Virus record (IMG/VR): IMGVR_UViG_3300036770_005754
Location: 71,472-135,471 of that record
Direction: 5' to 3' (one strand)
From: a virus
Length of the DNA: 64,000 nt
How positions within the stretch are numbered: position 1 is the first letter of the stretch; each line of letters opens with the position of its first letter. This document shows positions 1 through 9,937 of the stretch, piece after piece. The position numbers and the translations under genes were made by a program. The notes beneath the pieces are model-generated. The model worked only from the letters and a program-made list of their open reading frames with translations. It was not told where the DNA came from and did not search any database.

Positions 1-1000
1 GTGCTGCTTCGAGCGACCAAGAAGTTTTCAATTTTCTGGTTATCGCAGCAACAGAGTCGCTATCGATACTCAGAGTAACCTCCGGTTGGAACGGATTGGA
101 CTCAAGGTCGTACTCATAGTTGATTCTAGCGACTGCTCCGACAGGGAATGATCCCGCAGAAAGAGTCACTTGCACCTGACCAGTACTATGATCAAACGAT
201 GTAGCGCCAGTGGTTGAGGTGTCGACGGCTAGAGCTGAAGTGAAACTGGTACAGTCGCCTATCAAGATTGCGTCTGCTGAGCCATCACTATCAAAGCTCA
301 CTTTCAGGCAGGGTGTTGCGTTTTCGCAATTCGGGCTTGCATCAGCTTCGGTTTCGAAAACTTCGACGACGACTGTACCAGCAAGTACCGGGCGGTGTGC
401 TAAGGTCGCTGATACAACTGTGTTGCCCGTGATCGTTGCGTCTTCGCCACGGACTTCCTGCGAAGAGTAGTACGGGTCGAGAGCCCAACCGTTTTGCCTT
501 GCAAACGACTGTGCAGTATTTTGTCGCATGATTTGTGTACCAGCGACAGTTTGACCTTTCGTAAGTGCGTATCTGTATCGAATGTAGAAAATCAAACTCG
601 CTGGCTGGCTCATCGGCTGAACACCAACGAGATTATCAGCAATCAGCTTCGGGTACGATTTTCTGATCAGCGGCAACGCAAACCGGGTAAAGTCTGCGAT
701 GTTCGCCGTGGTCGTCTGATCTTCGAAGATCATAGACCGGTTTGCTGGATTCCAAGCCTTGAACTGATTTTCAAGGATAGATGCCATGAGGCCGAATTTT
801 TTGCTGCCTACTTCTCGGCATTTGCTCAATACCGGCGACCACTTCTGCACTAGTTGATTTTTCTTCGCTTCGTGGATAATCGAAGCACGATGAAGATCTG
901 TTTCTTCACCGATCATGCGTCTACTTGTGCTTTCAGTGAGATGCCGCTGTTGTCTGCGAGCCGGTGCAGACATTGTCTTGCTTCTTCTAGTCGGTAACAT
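1..1000 (-). CDS. gp23: Major capsid protein (T4 gp23-like), 3' part runs off the window start
   Basis: Not in the ORF track. Manual translation from ATG at 1000 (SD GAGGAG) gives MLPTRRSK...KWSPVL...ILENQ...ALPLIRKSYPKLIADNLVGVQPMSQPASLIFYIRY...TRKLKTSWSLEAA, which are hallmark gp23 motifs. It lies downstream of the protease and scaffold genes. Confidence 0.95.
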   Translation of the reverse strand, partial: MLPTRRSKTMSAPARRQQRHLTESTSRRMIGEETDLHRASIIHEAKKNQLVQKWSPVLSKCREVGSKKFGLMASILENQFKAWNPANRSMIFEDQTTTANIADFTRFALPLIRKSYPKLIADNLVGVQPMSQPASLIFYIRYRYALTKGQTVAGTQIMRQNTAQSFARQNGWALDPYYSSQEVRGEDATITGNTVVSATLAHRPVLAGTVVVEVFETEADASPNCENATPCLKVSFDSDGSADAILIGDCTSFTSALAVDTSTTGATSFDHSTGQVQVTLSAGSFPVGAVARINYEYDLESNPFQPEVTLSIDSDSVAAITRKLKTSWSLEAA

Positions 1001-1021
1001 ATTCTTCAACTCCTCGTCGGA

Positions 1022-1738
1022 TTAGATTAAATCTTCGTCAACTTGTGCTGCGATACTAGCGATATTGTATCCGGTACCAGTTCCGGTGATGTTGTTTGTG
1101 TTTCTTGGTACTGGCCGTCTGTCCTGGCTTTCAAGCATTGTTGCTCTGGTCGATCTGGCACGACCATTACCACGGTTGATGTCTATTCTACCTGTGGCGC
1201 TTTGGCGACTTTCAGTAACAGATCTGGTTCTCAACGGCCGTTGCTCTTGAAGACTTTGCAGTTGAGTCGTCAATTGTCGGTTTCGTTTGAGTGCTTTTTC
1301 GGCAATCGCATTTCTTCGATTTGCCATTTCAACAGCTCGCTTTTTCTCTTCTAGAGCAAGTGCAAGTTTTCTCTTGTACTTGGCGACTGTAACATCACCG
1401 TTAGAGTTTCCATTATGCTCAATACCATTAAGCATTCCTGCGATTTGGTTGAGTCTGGAAACTGCTGCGGATTCGTTAAGGGCCGACTGTTTGGCGATCT
1501 GTGCTTCAATTGTGGAACCCTTTGTCTCACAGAAGATTTGCACTCTGCGAGCGAGTTCACGTTTATGTGCTTCGGTCTCTTCAACACAGACTCGTTTAGC
1601 CTGTTCAACCTTAGCAGCATAATCTCTTTGGAATTGTTCACGAACTGATTCTTTGTAAGACAACAAAGATTCAGAAATTTTCTCAGAAAGCTCAGGACTG
1701 ATTCCGGCTTGTTCAAGCAATGCGACAATCTTATCCAT
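1022..1738 (-). CDS. Prohead scaffolding/core protein (gp22-like position)
   Basis: Coiled-coil, charged 238 aa protein between the protease and capsid genes; SD GAGGAG; LNES/VTES/MLES motifs. Confidence 0.65.
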   Translation of the reverse strand: MDKIVALLEQAGISPELSEKISESLLSYKESVREQFQRDYAAKVEQAKRVCVEETEAHKRELARRVQIFCETKGSTIEAQIAKQSALNESAAVSRLNQIAGMLNGIEHNGNSNGDVTVAKYKRKLALALEEKKRAVEMANRRNAIAEKALKRNRQLTTQLQSLQEQRPLRTRSVTESRQSATGRIDINRGNGRARSTRATMLESQDRRPVPRNTNNITGTGTGYNIASIAAQVDEDLI

Positions 1739-1759
1739 TTAATTCTCCTCGTATATTCT

Positions 1760-1767
1760 TATTTTTG
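1760..1767 (-). promoter_or_regulatory. Candidate late promoter CAAAAATA
   Basis: One of several CAAANWTA octamers upstream of structural genes (see findings). Confidence 0.4.
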
Positions 1768-1783
1768 CGTAAAATTGAAAATG

Positions 1784-2503
1784 CTATTTCAAACCGAAAA
1801 ATTTGTTTATTTCGTTAACCAACCTGTTTTGATATACCTCAGGAGAAAACTTAGCACGTGCTTGCTTGATTGGACGCAGTCGGTTGTTAAGACTTTCTTG
1901 GATATTGAGTATCGCACCATTTACAGATGGCTCAGCGACTGCATCCCAAGTGACGAAAGCATAACCAGGCATCACTCTGTATAATTCTTTACCAGAATTT
2001 TCGACCATCTCCATGTCGCCGACGCCACGAGATGAAATACCGACTCGAACTTTATGTTCGAACAGGCCCCTGAGACATGCCCCGCAAGGTAAATTATGCA
2101 GTATCTCGGCTTCACCATATACTTTTCGACCATCCATCCACACCTTAGTCATAAGATGACTAACGCGGTCCAAATGGATTTTAGCGTCTGGAGGGTGATC
2201 ATACTCACCCATGACAGCTCTCGCTTTAATATCCTCTTGAATGTTATTGACGGCAGGTCTCAAAACCTCGCTGGTCGAATAAAATCTACCATTCGCGTTC
2301 TCCCTGTCGCCCATTTGTATCAACCCAGAGACACGCATAGCAGGCAATTCTTTACCATCTCTGCCCTCAAGAACGACATTTTGTTTATCGATGATATCAA
2401 ACGAAAATGTGTCCTGAATCAGTCTCATGCCTGGTGGTATGAGACCTGTTTCAGCAATTACACCTCTGTTCAACTGCATTCGATTATTGCGAGTCGGCAT
2501 CAT
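1784..2503 (-). CDS. gp21: Prohead core protein protease (T4 gp21-like)
   Basis: Motifs N-x-NGRFY, GEYDHP, VSH, GISSRGVG and WDAVAEPS; synteny with the head genes. Confidence 0.93.
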   Translation of the reverse strand: MMPTRNNRMQLNRGVIAETGLIPPGMRLIQDTFSFDIIDKQNVVLEGRDGKELPAMRVSGLIQMGDRENANGRFYSTSEVLRPAVNNIQEDIKARAVMGEYDHPPDAKIHLDRVSHLMTKVWMDGRKVYGEAEILHNLPCGACLRGLFEHKVRVGISSRGVGDMEMVENSGKELYRVMPGYAFVTWDAVAEPSVNGAILNIQESLNNRLRPIKQARAKFSPEVYQNRLVNEINKFFGLK

Positions 2504-2513
2504 ATTTCGATTC

Positions 2514-5500
2514 CTAACGATGATTCATGGTTCTTGATGTCGGAGGATTGGTACCAGAACCATCATCATCCTTTACATCTGGCCCGATGCTATCCAATTT
2601 ATCATCAGATGCTTTCGGCAATCTTGTTTTAGGCATTTCTCGGAGATTATCCTTAACATGCTTCGAATATTTTGAGTTCCTGGGCTCTGTTATATCCCTG
2701 TCTTCGAACATCTCCTCATCATCTTCGAGATCGTCTAAACCGCCCATGTCCTCATCATCCATGTCCTCATCATCCATGTCCTCATCATCCATGTCCTCAT
2801 CATCCATGTCCTCATCATCCATGTCCTCATCATCCATGTCCTCATCATCCATGTCCTCATCATCCATGTCCTCATCGCCAATATCATTGTCTGATTCGAA
2901 ATCAGGCATTTCGTCTTCAGACCCAACGTTGCTCATGCTGCTTGTTTCAACACTATCAACAGGGCTCATGGATTCGGCATCACTGTCTTCGTCAACTTCG
3001 TCGATTTCGTCAATTTCGTCGACTTCGACATCACCACTGACTTCAACTGATATTCCACCATCATCTGTCGTGGTTATTGTGGCGACCGCTTCATCAAGAA
3101 GATTATCTTCGTCGTCGCTAATCAATCTGAGCTGCTCAATAGACTCAGACAACCATCTCTTGAATTCTGCTTCATCCCCTTTAGACATGCCAACTGATGC
3201 ATAAGCACTCTCATGTATATCTTTAGGGATCGGAATCTCGACAGAGCCATCTTCACTCAAAACCACCGGCGGCATACCAGAATCACCACCATGGTCGAGA
3301 ATGAATTTAACGCCTTTTAAGCTACCCATGACGGCGTCATCTTGACGCTGGTGCCATTGAATTGATTCATTCTTTGTCTCTCTTGGTGCATGGCTATTTC
3401 TCTTCAGACCACGCCCACGAATTCTTGGGCCTTTGAATTGATCTTCTACGAAATCTTCGTCATCTTCGTCCATATCTCTCCAAGATGTGTCAAAACTCTT
3501 CGGTAACTTATCGGAAGAATTGCGTTTGGCCCACGGTTGGAAACTAGCATCTCTCTTCTTTTTATGAGTCTGATACTTATTCCTTCTATCAAGATACTTA
3601 GCCTTACCTTGTTTAATCAGACCACGATCACTCTTAGTCTCAGAAATAAATGATTCGACACATTCTTCAATCGCATTATTAATTCTGCCATCATGAATTC
3701 TAAGGCCAACAGCTTTAATAGCGGCTTTAGCCATGTCCACTAGATTCTCATTTAAACGCTCACCTTTCAAGTTGTGCTCGAGAGCCAAACGTTTCATTAT
3801 CGTTACGACCTTCTGAACAGTACCCTTATCAGATATCGCTGGTGCCCCATAATCTGATATTAAAGCACTATTTCCGGCATTTACCAATGGTGCATAGGCA
3901 TATGGGTCATGGCTCTCGTCAATCCCATAGTCGTCGTCATCATCCCCAAACCCATCGTCATCATCGTCATCACGCATTTCATAATGGACAGGACGAGACT
4001 CACTTAGAGGTCTACGACGTCTTAGGCTCTCCATGCGTGGTTGACCACCAAGGGGAGCCTGACCGCCAGCGGGTGCCTGACCGCCAGCGGGTGCCTGACC
4101 GCCAGCAGCAGGTGGAGCTTGAGCAGTTCCAGCACCACCAGTTGGCGGTGTACCCTGAGAGTCTTCATCACCGAGTAGATCTGACAATGCACCTTCTTCA
4201 TCACCAAGACCAAGATCATCGAGTTCATCATCCTCGCCGGAAGCAGAACTCTTACCACCTATTTGAATCAGGGGACTATTTATATTGATGACAGGCTGAC
4301 CACCGCCGCCATTACCTTTCGACGATACTCCGCTGTCTGCCATCTTACTATCACCGGGCATAGTGTCGAAGTTGCTAAGCGTATCTGTCGCAGCAAGTTC
4401 TTCCTGAATAGTGGCAATCAAATCTTCTGCTTCGTAGATTGCAGCATCATCGAAGTCTTTAGTCTGAAGTCGAGCTATTAAATTGTCTAATTTGCTAGAC
4501 AGATCATGAGACTCTCTGATCTTTGGCGTTCGGTTCCTAAGATCGCCGAGCGCTGTTGCCAACGTTGAAGCAGCCACCTGCTTATTACTGAACGCTTCGA
4601 ATATAAGCTCTAAGAATCTATCGTAAGCTTCTTCGAAGTTTTTAGAACTCTCCAATATCTGGACATTCTCGTTCAAAGTAAACTGTTCTGATTTCCTAGC
4701 GATATTACGCCATTCGCTCACGATCTTACCACGATTTACTTTGATATTCGTTCTGTGGAACAAAGTAGCAACATCTTTAATCAATTGATCATTGAAGATC
4801 GCTGAAGCAGCTAAAGAATTTTCGATCAGCGTTTTAACCTGCTTTCTGGAAAGAAGAGTGAATTCTTCATTCTCATCTAGAAATCCAGAAACCAATCTCA
4901 CAGCTTCGCTAATCTTACCTTCAGAGACCAACCCAGCGAGACCGTTGATTCTGCGCTGGAAGCCCTCTGACCAATAAGCATTGGCAGCGACGTCACGCAT
5001 GCGTCGAGCAACGAGCTTTCTGGAGGCCCATTTTGTAACTGGTAGTCTTACATTGTAGCCATCAGTAAATGTGCCGGAGACCACTTCGCCATTCTCTACT
5101 ATAACCCTATCTCTTAGGCCTTCAACAATTGTAGTAACAAGTCTGGATTTTATACTCTCATCAATCGATGCACCATTAGAAATAGCGATATGACGAGTAA
5201 CATTATCGCGACCACGAATAACACCAGAATGCGGTACGACCCTACCAGAAAATCTTTGTGCTTGCATTCTCTTAAAAGCACCATTCATGTCACGCTGATT
5301 GTTCTCTTCTATGGCGTTCACCAATCTAAGGCAAGAATCGCTGAATAAACCATGCTTTTCTTCCTCGACTATTTGAACTTGTCTGATATTGGAAACGTTA
5401 ATTTTGCCACCCTTATCGCGGGAGTGTTCGGCGATATAATATTCATTCCTATCAACATCTTCAAAATAAAGATTCTTAGGATGAAGAGCGACCAATTTAT

Positions 5501-5624
5501 AATTCTTATTAGCATGTCTACCCATGCTAGCTATACGTTCTTCGAAAAACGCTACCTGAGCCTGCGAAGAATCATTAATAGCATTTAAAAACTTGCGGCT
5601 GTCAATTTTTACAGCAGTTGGCAT
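2514..5624 (-). CDS. Large acidic prohead core/head-internal protein (hypothetical)
   Basis: 1036 aa ORF between portal and protease, with acidic low-complexity tracts and many hydrophobic-x-E motifs. Confidence 0.55.
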   Translation of the reverse strand: MPTAVKIDSRKFLNAINDSSQAQVAFFEERIASMGRHANKNYKLVALHPKNLYFEDVDRNEYYIAEHSRDKGGKINVSNIRQVQIVEEEKHGLFSDSCLRLVNAIEENNQRDMNGAFKRMQAQRFSGRVVPHSGVIRGRDNVTRHIAISNGASIDESIKSRLVTTIVEGLRDRVIVENGEVVSGTFTDGYNVRLPVTKWASRKLVARRMRDVAANAYWSEGFQRRINGLAGLVSEGKISEAVRLVSGFLDENEEFTLLSRKQVKTLIENSLAASAIFNDQLIKDVATLFHRTNIKVNRGKIVSEWRNIARKSEQFTLNENVQILESSKNFEEAYDRFLELIFEAFSNKQVAASTLATALGDLRNRTPKIRESHDLSSKLDNLIARLQTKDFDDAAIYEAEDLIATIQEELAATDTLSNFDTMPGDSKMADSGVSSKGNGGGGQPVININSPLIQIGGKSSASGEDDELDDLGLGDEEGALSDLLGDEDSQGTPPTGGAGTAQAPPAAGGQAPAGGQAPAGGQAPLGGQPRMESLRRRRPLSESRPVHYEMRDDDDDDGFGDDDDDYGIDESHDPYAYAPLVNAGNSALISDYGAPAISDKGTVQKVVTIMKRLALEHNLKGERLNENLVDMAKAAIKAVGLRIHDGRINNAIEECVESFISETKSDRGLIKQGKAKYLDRRNKYQTHKKKRDASFQPWAKRNSSDKLPKSFDTSWRDMDEDDEDFVEDQFKGPRIRGRGLKRNSHAPRETKNESIQWHQRQDDAVMGSLKGVKFILDHGGDSGMPPVVLSEDGSVEIPIPKDIHESAYASVGMSKGDEAEFKRWLSESIEQLRLISDDEDNLLDEAVATITTTDDGGISVEVSGDVEVDEIDEIDEVDEDSDAESMSPVDSVETSSMSNVGSEDEMPDFESDNDIGDEDMDDEDMDDEDMDDEDMDDEDMDDEDMDDEDMDDEDMDDEDMGGLDDLEDDEEMFEDRDITEPRNSKYSKHVKDNLREMPKTRLPKASDDKLDSIGPDVKDDDGSGTNPPTSRTMNHR
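2746..2876. repeat. 15-bp tandem repeat ATGTCCTCATCATCC, 8 perfect copies plus a partial (DDEDM on the minus strand)
   Basis: Directly visible in the sequence. Confidence 0.97.
4057..4106. repeat. 18-bp tandem repeat GCCTGACCGCCAGCGGGT, about 3 copies (GGQAPA linker)
   Basis: Directly visible in the sequence. Confidence 0.9.
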
Positions 5625-5716
5625 TATCAGCTCCAGTGTGCATTTACAGCGAATATCATCGAACTCAACGCTGTCAACATTCTAATTTTGCATCGGAAAC
5701 CGAAGATTTAAAGTAG

Positions 5717-7675
5717 TTACAAATCACTAGTCGTAAAAACCAGATCGTCTTCGGTTATCAAACCATCGTCACCGTTAACAGAAAAATCGCCGTCTGAAAC
5801 CGTACCATGTGTTAGGACCTTATATACTTCAGATATTACAGCATCACGGTCTGATTTATTGACAGACCATTCTACCAGCAAACCACTATCGTTATTAGGA
5901 TCATATATGCCATCAGTGTTTTTTGGCCTACTTCTGGACAATCCATCCAACTCTTTAGATTCAATCATATGATCGAAACCATTATAAATTGGATTATCAT
6001 CTCTAGAAAATGATTTCCCCAACCTCGAAGCCCATTTCTTTAAAAGACGCATCGACTCTTTAGATCTACTCTGCTTATGCATTTCAGAAATTACATTCTT
6101 CTCCGACTTATAATCATAACCCTCAATAGGCCCACCACTAGGCCCACCAGGTTCGCCAATTGGTGAACTACCAGCACCCTGTTCTGAGTCAAGATCCCCT
6201 CCCAAATCATCCAAATCCAATCCACCAGGACCTTCATCTAAGTCCATGCTAGGAGAACCAAGACCACCAGGTTTACCACCACCGGGGCCGCCGTTACTCT
6301 CAGTGTCTTCCATGTTCTTTATTTCTTCGATCTCATCTGGCGACAGATCTGTAAAGTGCGTCACTATCCATTCTTTTGGGAACCAACCAAGATCACGCAA
6401 ATCATTCATCACTCCAGCTCTAGTCTGCCACGTTTCGATTCTGTATAACTCTTCCATTGCAGATGTAGCAGTCAATGCTATTTCGAACCCTTTTAAATCT
6501 TCAACGCTATATCCACGGAGTGCAAGATGTACAATAGCGACCTTAGTTAGACCAGTAGCCACCTCCCTTTGAATCCACTGTACAGCTTTAGCGAATTCTG
6601 AATGCGATTGCGACAATGACTTCTCGCTAGCCTCACCGCCACCCTCACCTATGCCGACTCTGGAAAACGGTATTTTAGTTGGCGCTATCATCTTCTTCTT
6701 AAAGTATTCTATATCCTTGATCTGATCAAGATTCTCAGCACCTGGCAATGTCTCTATATCAGGACCAGTACCATCTGGACGACGAGGTAAGAAAAAGTCG
6801 TCTTCTTGAATCAGCGGCGAATATCTTTCATCAAAAGTCCCAGATGTCGGATTGTAAAAACGCTGCCTTTTGAAATTCCTAGCAATCATCTGCATATATT
6901 CCGGAACTTCTTTGGGCGGTATCATACCGACGGGAATAGTGAACTTTCTTTTCTCTGGTGCTCGCGTAATGCGATATATTAAAGCGGCATCTTCCATTAA
7001 ACGCAATTGTTTATACGCTTTCCTGCCACCATCCAATATAGATCTACCATAAGGATGGAATATGTTCTCGAAACTGGTTAATCTACAGTGCATTACTTGC
7101 CATGGATGGAAAAACTGCGGTTGTGAATAGACAGCATCCATATGAAAGAAACCAACAAGATCTCCGAACCTAGTCTCAATTCTAGTGAAATTATAAACAT
7201 TCATAAATCTTAAGGACGAAACTCCATCACGCGAATTGTTCAAAACTATCTCATATGGCATGTCACCATACTTGCATAAATATCTAATAGTTGGTCTACA
7301 ATAGCTGTCCCATTGTAATGTGTTGAACATCAGCTCTTCAAGTTCACGCTTTAGACGTTTATTCCTAGCACGAATTACTAATGTGTGCTTCTTCTCGGGA
7401 TCTACAAGACTAGCTTCATCAGCATAAAGATCAAGTGCTAAGCTCACCTCACCAGTTTGATCCATCTGTTCGTAATCTTTATATCTTTCCAAGCGATTAA
7501 TCTGTAAGTTAGTTTGGTCTAATATTGTGGCCTGTTGGTTGAAATCTAGAAATTCACCGCCGGCCGTCAACTTATCGAGACTGGATTGGTCTTGTAAGGC
7601 ACGCTCTGCCTGGAATATGCTATGCTGCCTAGCAATAGCTCTTATTCTATCAAATGCTAACCACGAACTAGGCAT
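5717..7675 (-). CDS. gp20: Portal protein (T4 gp20-like)
   Basis: Motifs PYGRSIL, QLRLMEDAALIYRITRAPEKR, EDDFFLP, IETLPG and DIEYFKKK. Confidence 0.95.
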   Translation of the reverse strand: MPSSWLAFDRIRAIARQHSIFQAERALQDQSSLDKLTAGGEFLDFNQQATILDQTNLQINRLERYKDYEQMDQTGEVSLALDLYADEASLVDPEKKHTLVIRARNKRLKRELEELMFNTLQWDSYCRPTIRYLCKYGDMPYEIVLNNSRDGVSSLRFMNVYNFTRIETRFGDLVGFFHMDAVYSQPQFFHPWQVMHCRLTSFENIFHPYGRSILDGGRKAYKQLRLMEDAALIYRITRAPEKRKFTIPVGMIPPKEVPEYMQMIARNFKRQRFYNPTSGTFDERYSPLIQEDDFFLPRRPDGTGPDIETLPGAENLDQIKDIEYFKKKMIAPTKIPFSRVGIGEGGGEASEKSLSQSHSEFAKAVQWIQREVATGLTKVAIVHLALRGYSVEDLKGFEIALTATSAMEELYRIETWQTRAGVMNDLRDLGWFPKEWIVTHFTDLSPDEIEEIKNMEDTESNGGPGGGKPGGLGSPSMDLDEGPGGLDLDDLGGDLDSEQGAGSSPIGEPGGPSGGPIEGYDYKSEKNVISEMHKQSRSKESMRLLKKWASRLGKSFSRDDNPIYNGFDHMIESKELDGLSRSRPKNTDGIYDPNNDSGLLVEWSVNKSDRDAVISEVYKVLTHGTVSDGDFSVNGDDGLITEDDLVFTTSDL

Positions 7676-7722
7676 ATAATATCCTCTTTGGAGTATATTT
7701 ACTTGAAATAATCAAGCGTCTA

Positions 7723-7959
7723 TCAAGAACCTTCTTCAGAGATAGCTGAAAAATTAACTACCTCATCTGGCCTATATCTAAGCTTGAATATCTTAAAAAC
7801 CGTCCTGCAAATAATATATGACACAGCAGTAATTGTCAAACAAATCATTAAACAAGAGGTTACAGAATCACCTGCAGTTGAACCGAGAATCGTATTGACT
7901 ACTCCAACTATTGCTGTTAACCACAGCTCAGTAGCCTTCCAGTTTTCAGAACTGCTCAT
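7723..7959 (-). CDS. Small two-TM membrane protein (holin-like)
   Basis: Two hydrophobic segments, N-terminal WKATELWLT and a basic stretch after TM2; packed tightly after terL. Confidence 0.45.
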   Translation of the reverse strand: MSSSENWKATELWLTAIVGVVNTILGSTAGDSVTSCLMICLTITAVSYIICRTVFKIFKLRYRPDEVVNFSAISEEGS

Positions 7960-7961
7960 TA

Positions 7962-9929
7962 TTATTCCCTTGTATAGAAGTACTTTGAAGGAGTAACCAA
8001 AGGTTTGCCTTGGCTGATTGGTATACCACCAAGTTGCATTGTGTAATTGTCTATATGCCTTTGGACCGAAATCTCAGGGATCTCATCAGGCGCTAATGTC
8101 ATTGGCATCAATAAAGACTGACCGCCATGATCGGTGAAAGATTTCTGGCGATCTACCTGTGTATCATCAGAGAAAATACTAGGACCAACCATAGATTTAA
8201 AATCACCGCCACCGCTTCCGACAGGCATCAAATTCCCAGGATCGGAAACAAACCCATCGGATGTCCCTAATAAAGCTAAAGCAGTAGCTATAACAAGGTC
8301 GTCATAATTACCGGAGCCGTCTTCAGCCTCTGTTCGATTAGTATCACGTCCGGTTCTGTCCCTTTTCCTAACATATGTCTGCAATTGTTTTAATAACCTG
8401 GTGCTGTATACTTTATAACCATCTTCATTATCTCTTATAAAGTCTATCAAAAACTTGTTGAGCGTAGGTTTACTAGCAACGCTGGTTGAAAAACCGTAGT
8501 GAGCTACCTTCATAGCCCTCTGAGTCGTGGAACCCTGGGGACGCGGCTTATCATTAATATCTTTCTTCCTCCAAATCCTCGGGTACATTATATCGTACCT
8601 CATACTATCTATCAATGTGTCGCCACCATTATTCCTTTCAATAACAGCCAATGCACAATTATACCATCTGCCTATTCTATCAATGTACTTGACTAATTCT
8701 CTGGGAAGACACCTGGCCATAAACTCTGCTACTTGCTCCATAGTGTTTATATCAAACACTTGGATTGCGCTATAATCTCTTCCCTTACCAGTTGCTATGT
8801 CGACGCCCATTACATAAGAATGTGCCGAAGAACCTTGATCGACCACCAAACCGCCTCTGCTCTTAACCGGTTTGGCTACGACTGGTTTTTTCCAAACCCA
8901 AAGCCCCTCATCATCTGGGAAATCGAAGTTAATCTCTTCAGTACTACCATTGACAGGGTGGACATATGTCTGATAACCAGATACTTTCTGAATAGGATCT
9001 TTCATAGTGGTCTGAACGTGAGCCAAAACATCTTTCGATAATATCGTATTACCCGAACCAACGAATAACGCCAATATCTCCTGGTCGAATTTCCAGGCCT
9101 CGCCTTGATCCTGCAAAGCCCTATACTGCTTCTCGAGCCATGGCGACCAGTATGGTCCGTACTTACTAATCTCATTCTTGTCCACACATTTTCTTATACC
9201 GTCACACGGCGCTATTCTCTTCCAATCGCCAGACAATGGGTCTTTATATTCAATAGCCCAATCCATATCCCACCAATTAACCAAAATCGGATTAAAGTCA
9301 TTCTGACCAGCCTCCGCATCAGTCCAAGTCGACCAATACCATCCACCTATACCATTGGTCGTGCTGATGACTATAACACTACCGCCGTGCTGAAGAGTTG
9401 GCCAACCAGCGGCCCACATCGTGTCCATACCCTGGATAAACGCAGATTCGTCTATAATGTTCAGTGATGCCGCATTACCACGGAGAACTTCTGGGTGTGA
9501 TGTCAGTGACTGGATTCTAGATCCATTTGGAAATATTATTTCGTGCTCATTCTGTTTTTTGGGCTTCCAGACTTCCTTCATCCATGGTGGCAAGTGTTCA
9601 AATAAGAATACTATATGGTCTCTCAAGAACCCCATAGCATCTTCATTTCGGCGTGAAACGATCAAGATCGTCTTATGAGGATGGAACATAGCGAACCAAG
9701 TAGCGAATGCACCAGATATCTTAGATATACCAGATTGCCTACACTTCCTGAATATGTTTAAACGATTCTTTCTGAAACATTTTATCGCATTTTTCTGATA
9801 GCTAAATGGTCTAAACGGCAAGATACCAGCTGAAGTGTGCTTGATTCTTCCGAAATTACTCAAAAACCAAGAAACTGACTCCTGAGATCTCTTAATGACC
9901 TCGCGTTGCTTAGTGTTCAGACTTACCAT
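7962..9929 (-). CDS. terL: Terminase large subunit (gp17-like)
   Basis: YQ motif, Walker A variant KCRQSGIS, Walker B IIDESAF, ISTTNG coupling motif, and nuclease motifs GVDIATG...DYS, IERNN and YDDLVIA. Confidence 0.95.
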   Translation of the reverse strand: MVSLNTKQREVIKRSQESVSWFLSNFGRIKHTSAGILPFRPFSYQKNAIKCFRKNRLNIFRKCRQSGISKISGAFATWFAMFHPHKTILIVSRRNEDAMGFLRDHIVFLFEHLPPWMKEVWKPKKQNEHEIIFPNGSRIQSLTSHPEVLRGNAASLNIIDESAFIQGMDTMWAAGWPTLQHGGSVIVISTTNGIGGWYWSTWTDAEAGQNDFNPILVNWWDMDWAIEYKDPLSGDWKRIAPCDGIRKCVDKNEISKYGPYWSPWLEKQYRALQDQGEAWKFDQEILALFVGSGNTILSKDVLAHVQTTMKDPIQKVSGYQTYVHPVNGSTEEINFDFPDDEGLWVWKKPVVAKPVKSRGGLVVDQGSSAHSYVMGVDIATGKGRDYSAIQVFDINTMEQVAEFMARCLPRELVKYIDRIGRWYNCALAVIERNNGGDTLIDSMRYDIMYPRIWRKKDINDKPRPQGSTTQRAMKVAHYGFSTSVASKPTLNKFLIDFIRDNEDGYKVYSTRLLKQLQTYVRKRDRTGRDTNRTEAEDGSGNYDDLVIATALALLGTSDGFVSDPGNLMPVGSGGGDFKSMVGPSIFSDDTQVDRQKSFTDHGGQSLLMPMTLAPDEIPEISVQRHIDNYTMQLGGIPISQGKPLVTPSKYFYTRE

Positions 9930-9937
9930 TTCACACC

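Noticed and set aside
2746-2876. CRISPR array
   Set aside because: Head-to-tail repeats with no spacers, in frame within a CDS. The 78-bp repeats at 31.7-34.7 kb are likewise coding.
9715-9750. Inactive terminase because Walker A reads RQSGIS rather than RQxGKS/T
   Set aside because: From recollection, RQxGI(S/T) variants occur in other large-phage terminases, and all other ATPase and nuclease motifs are intact.
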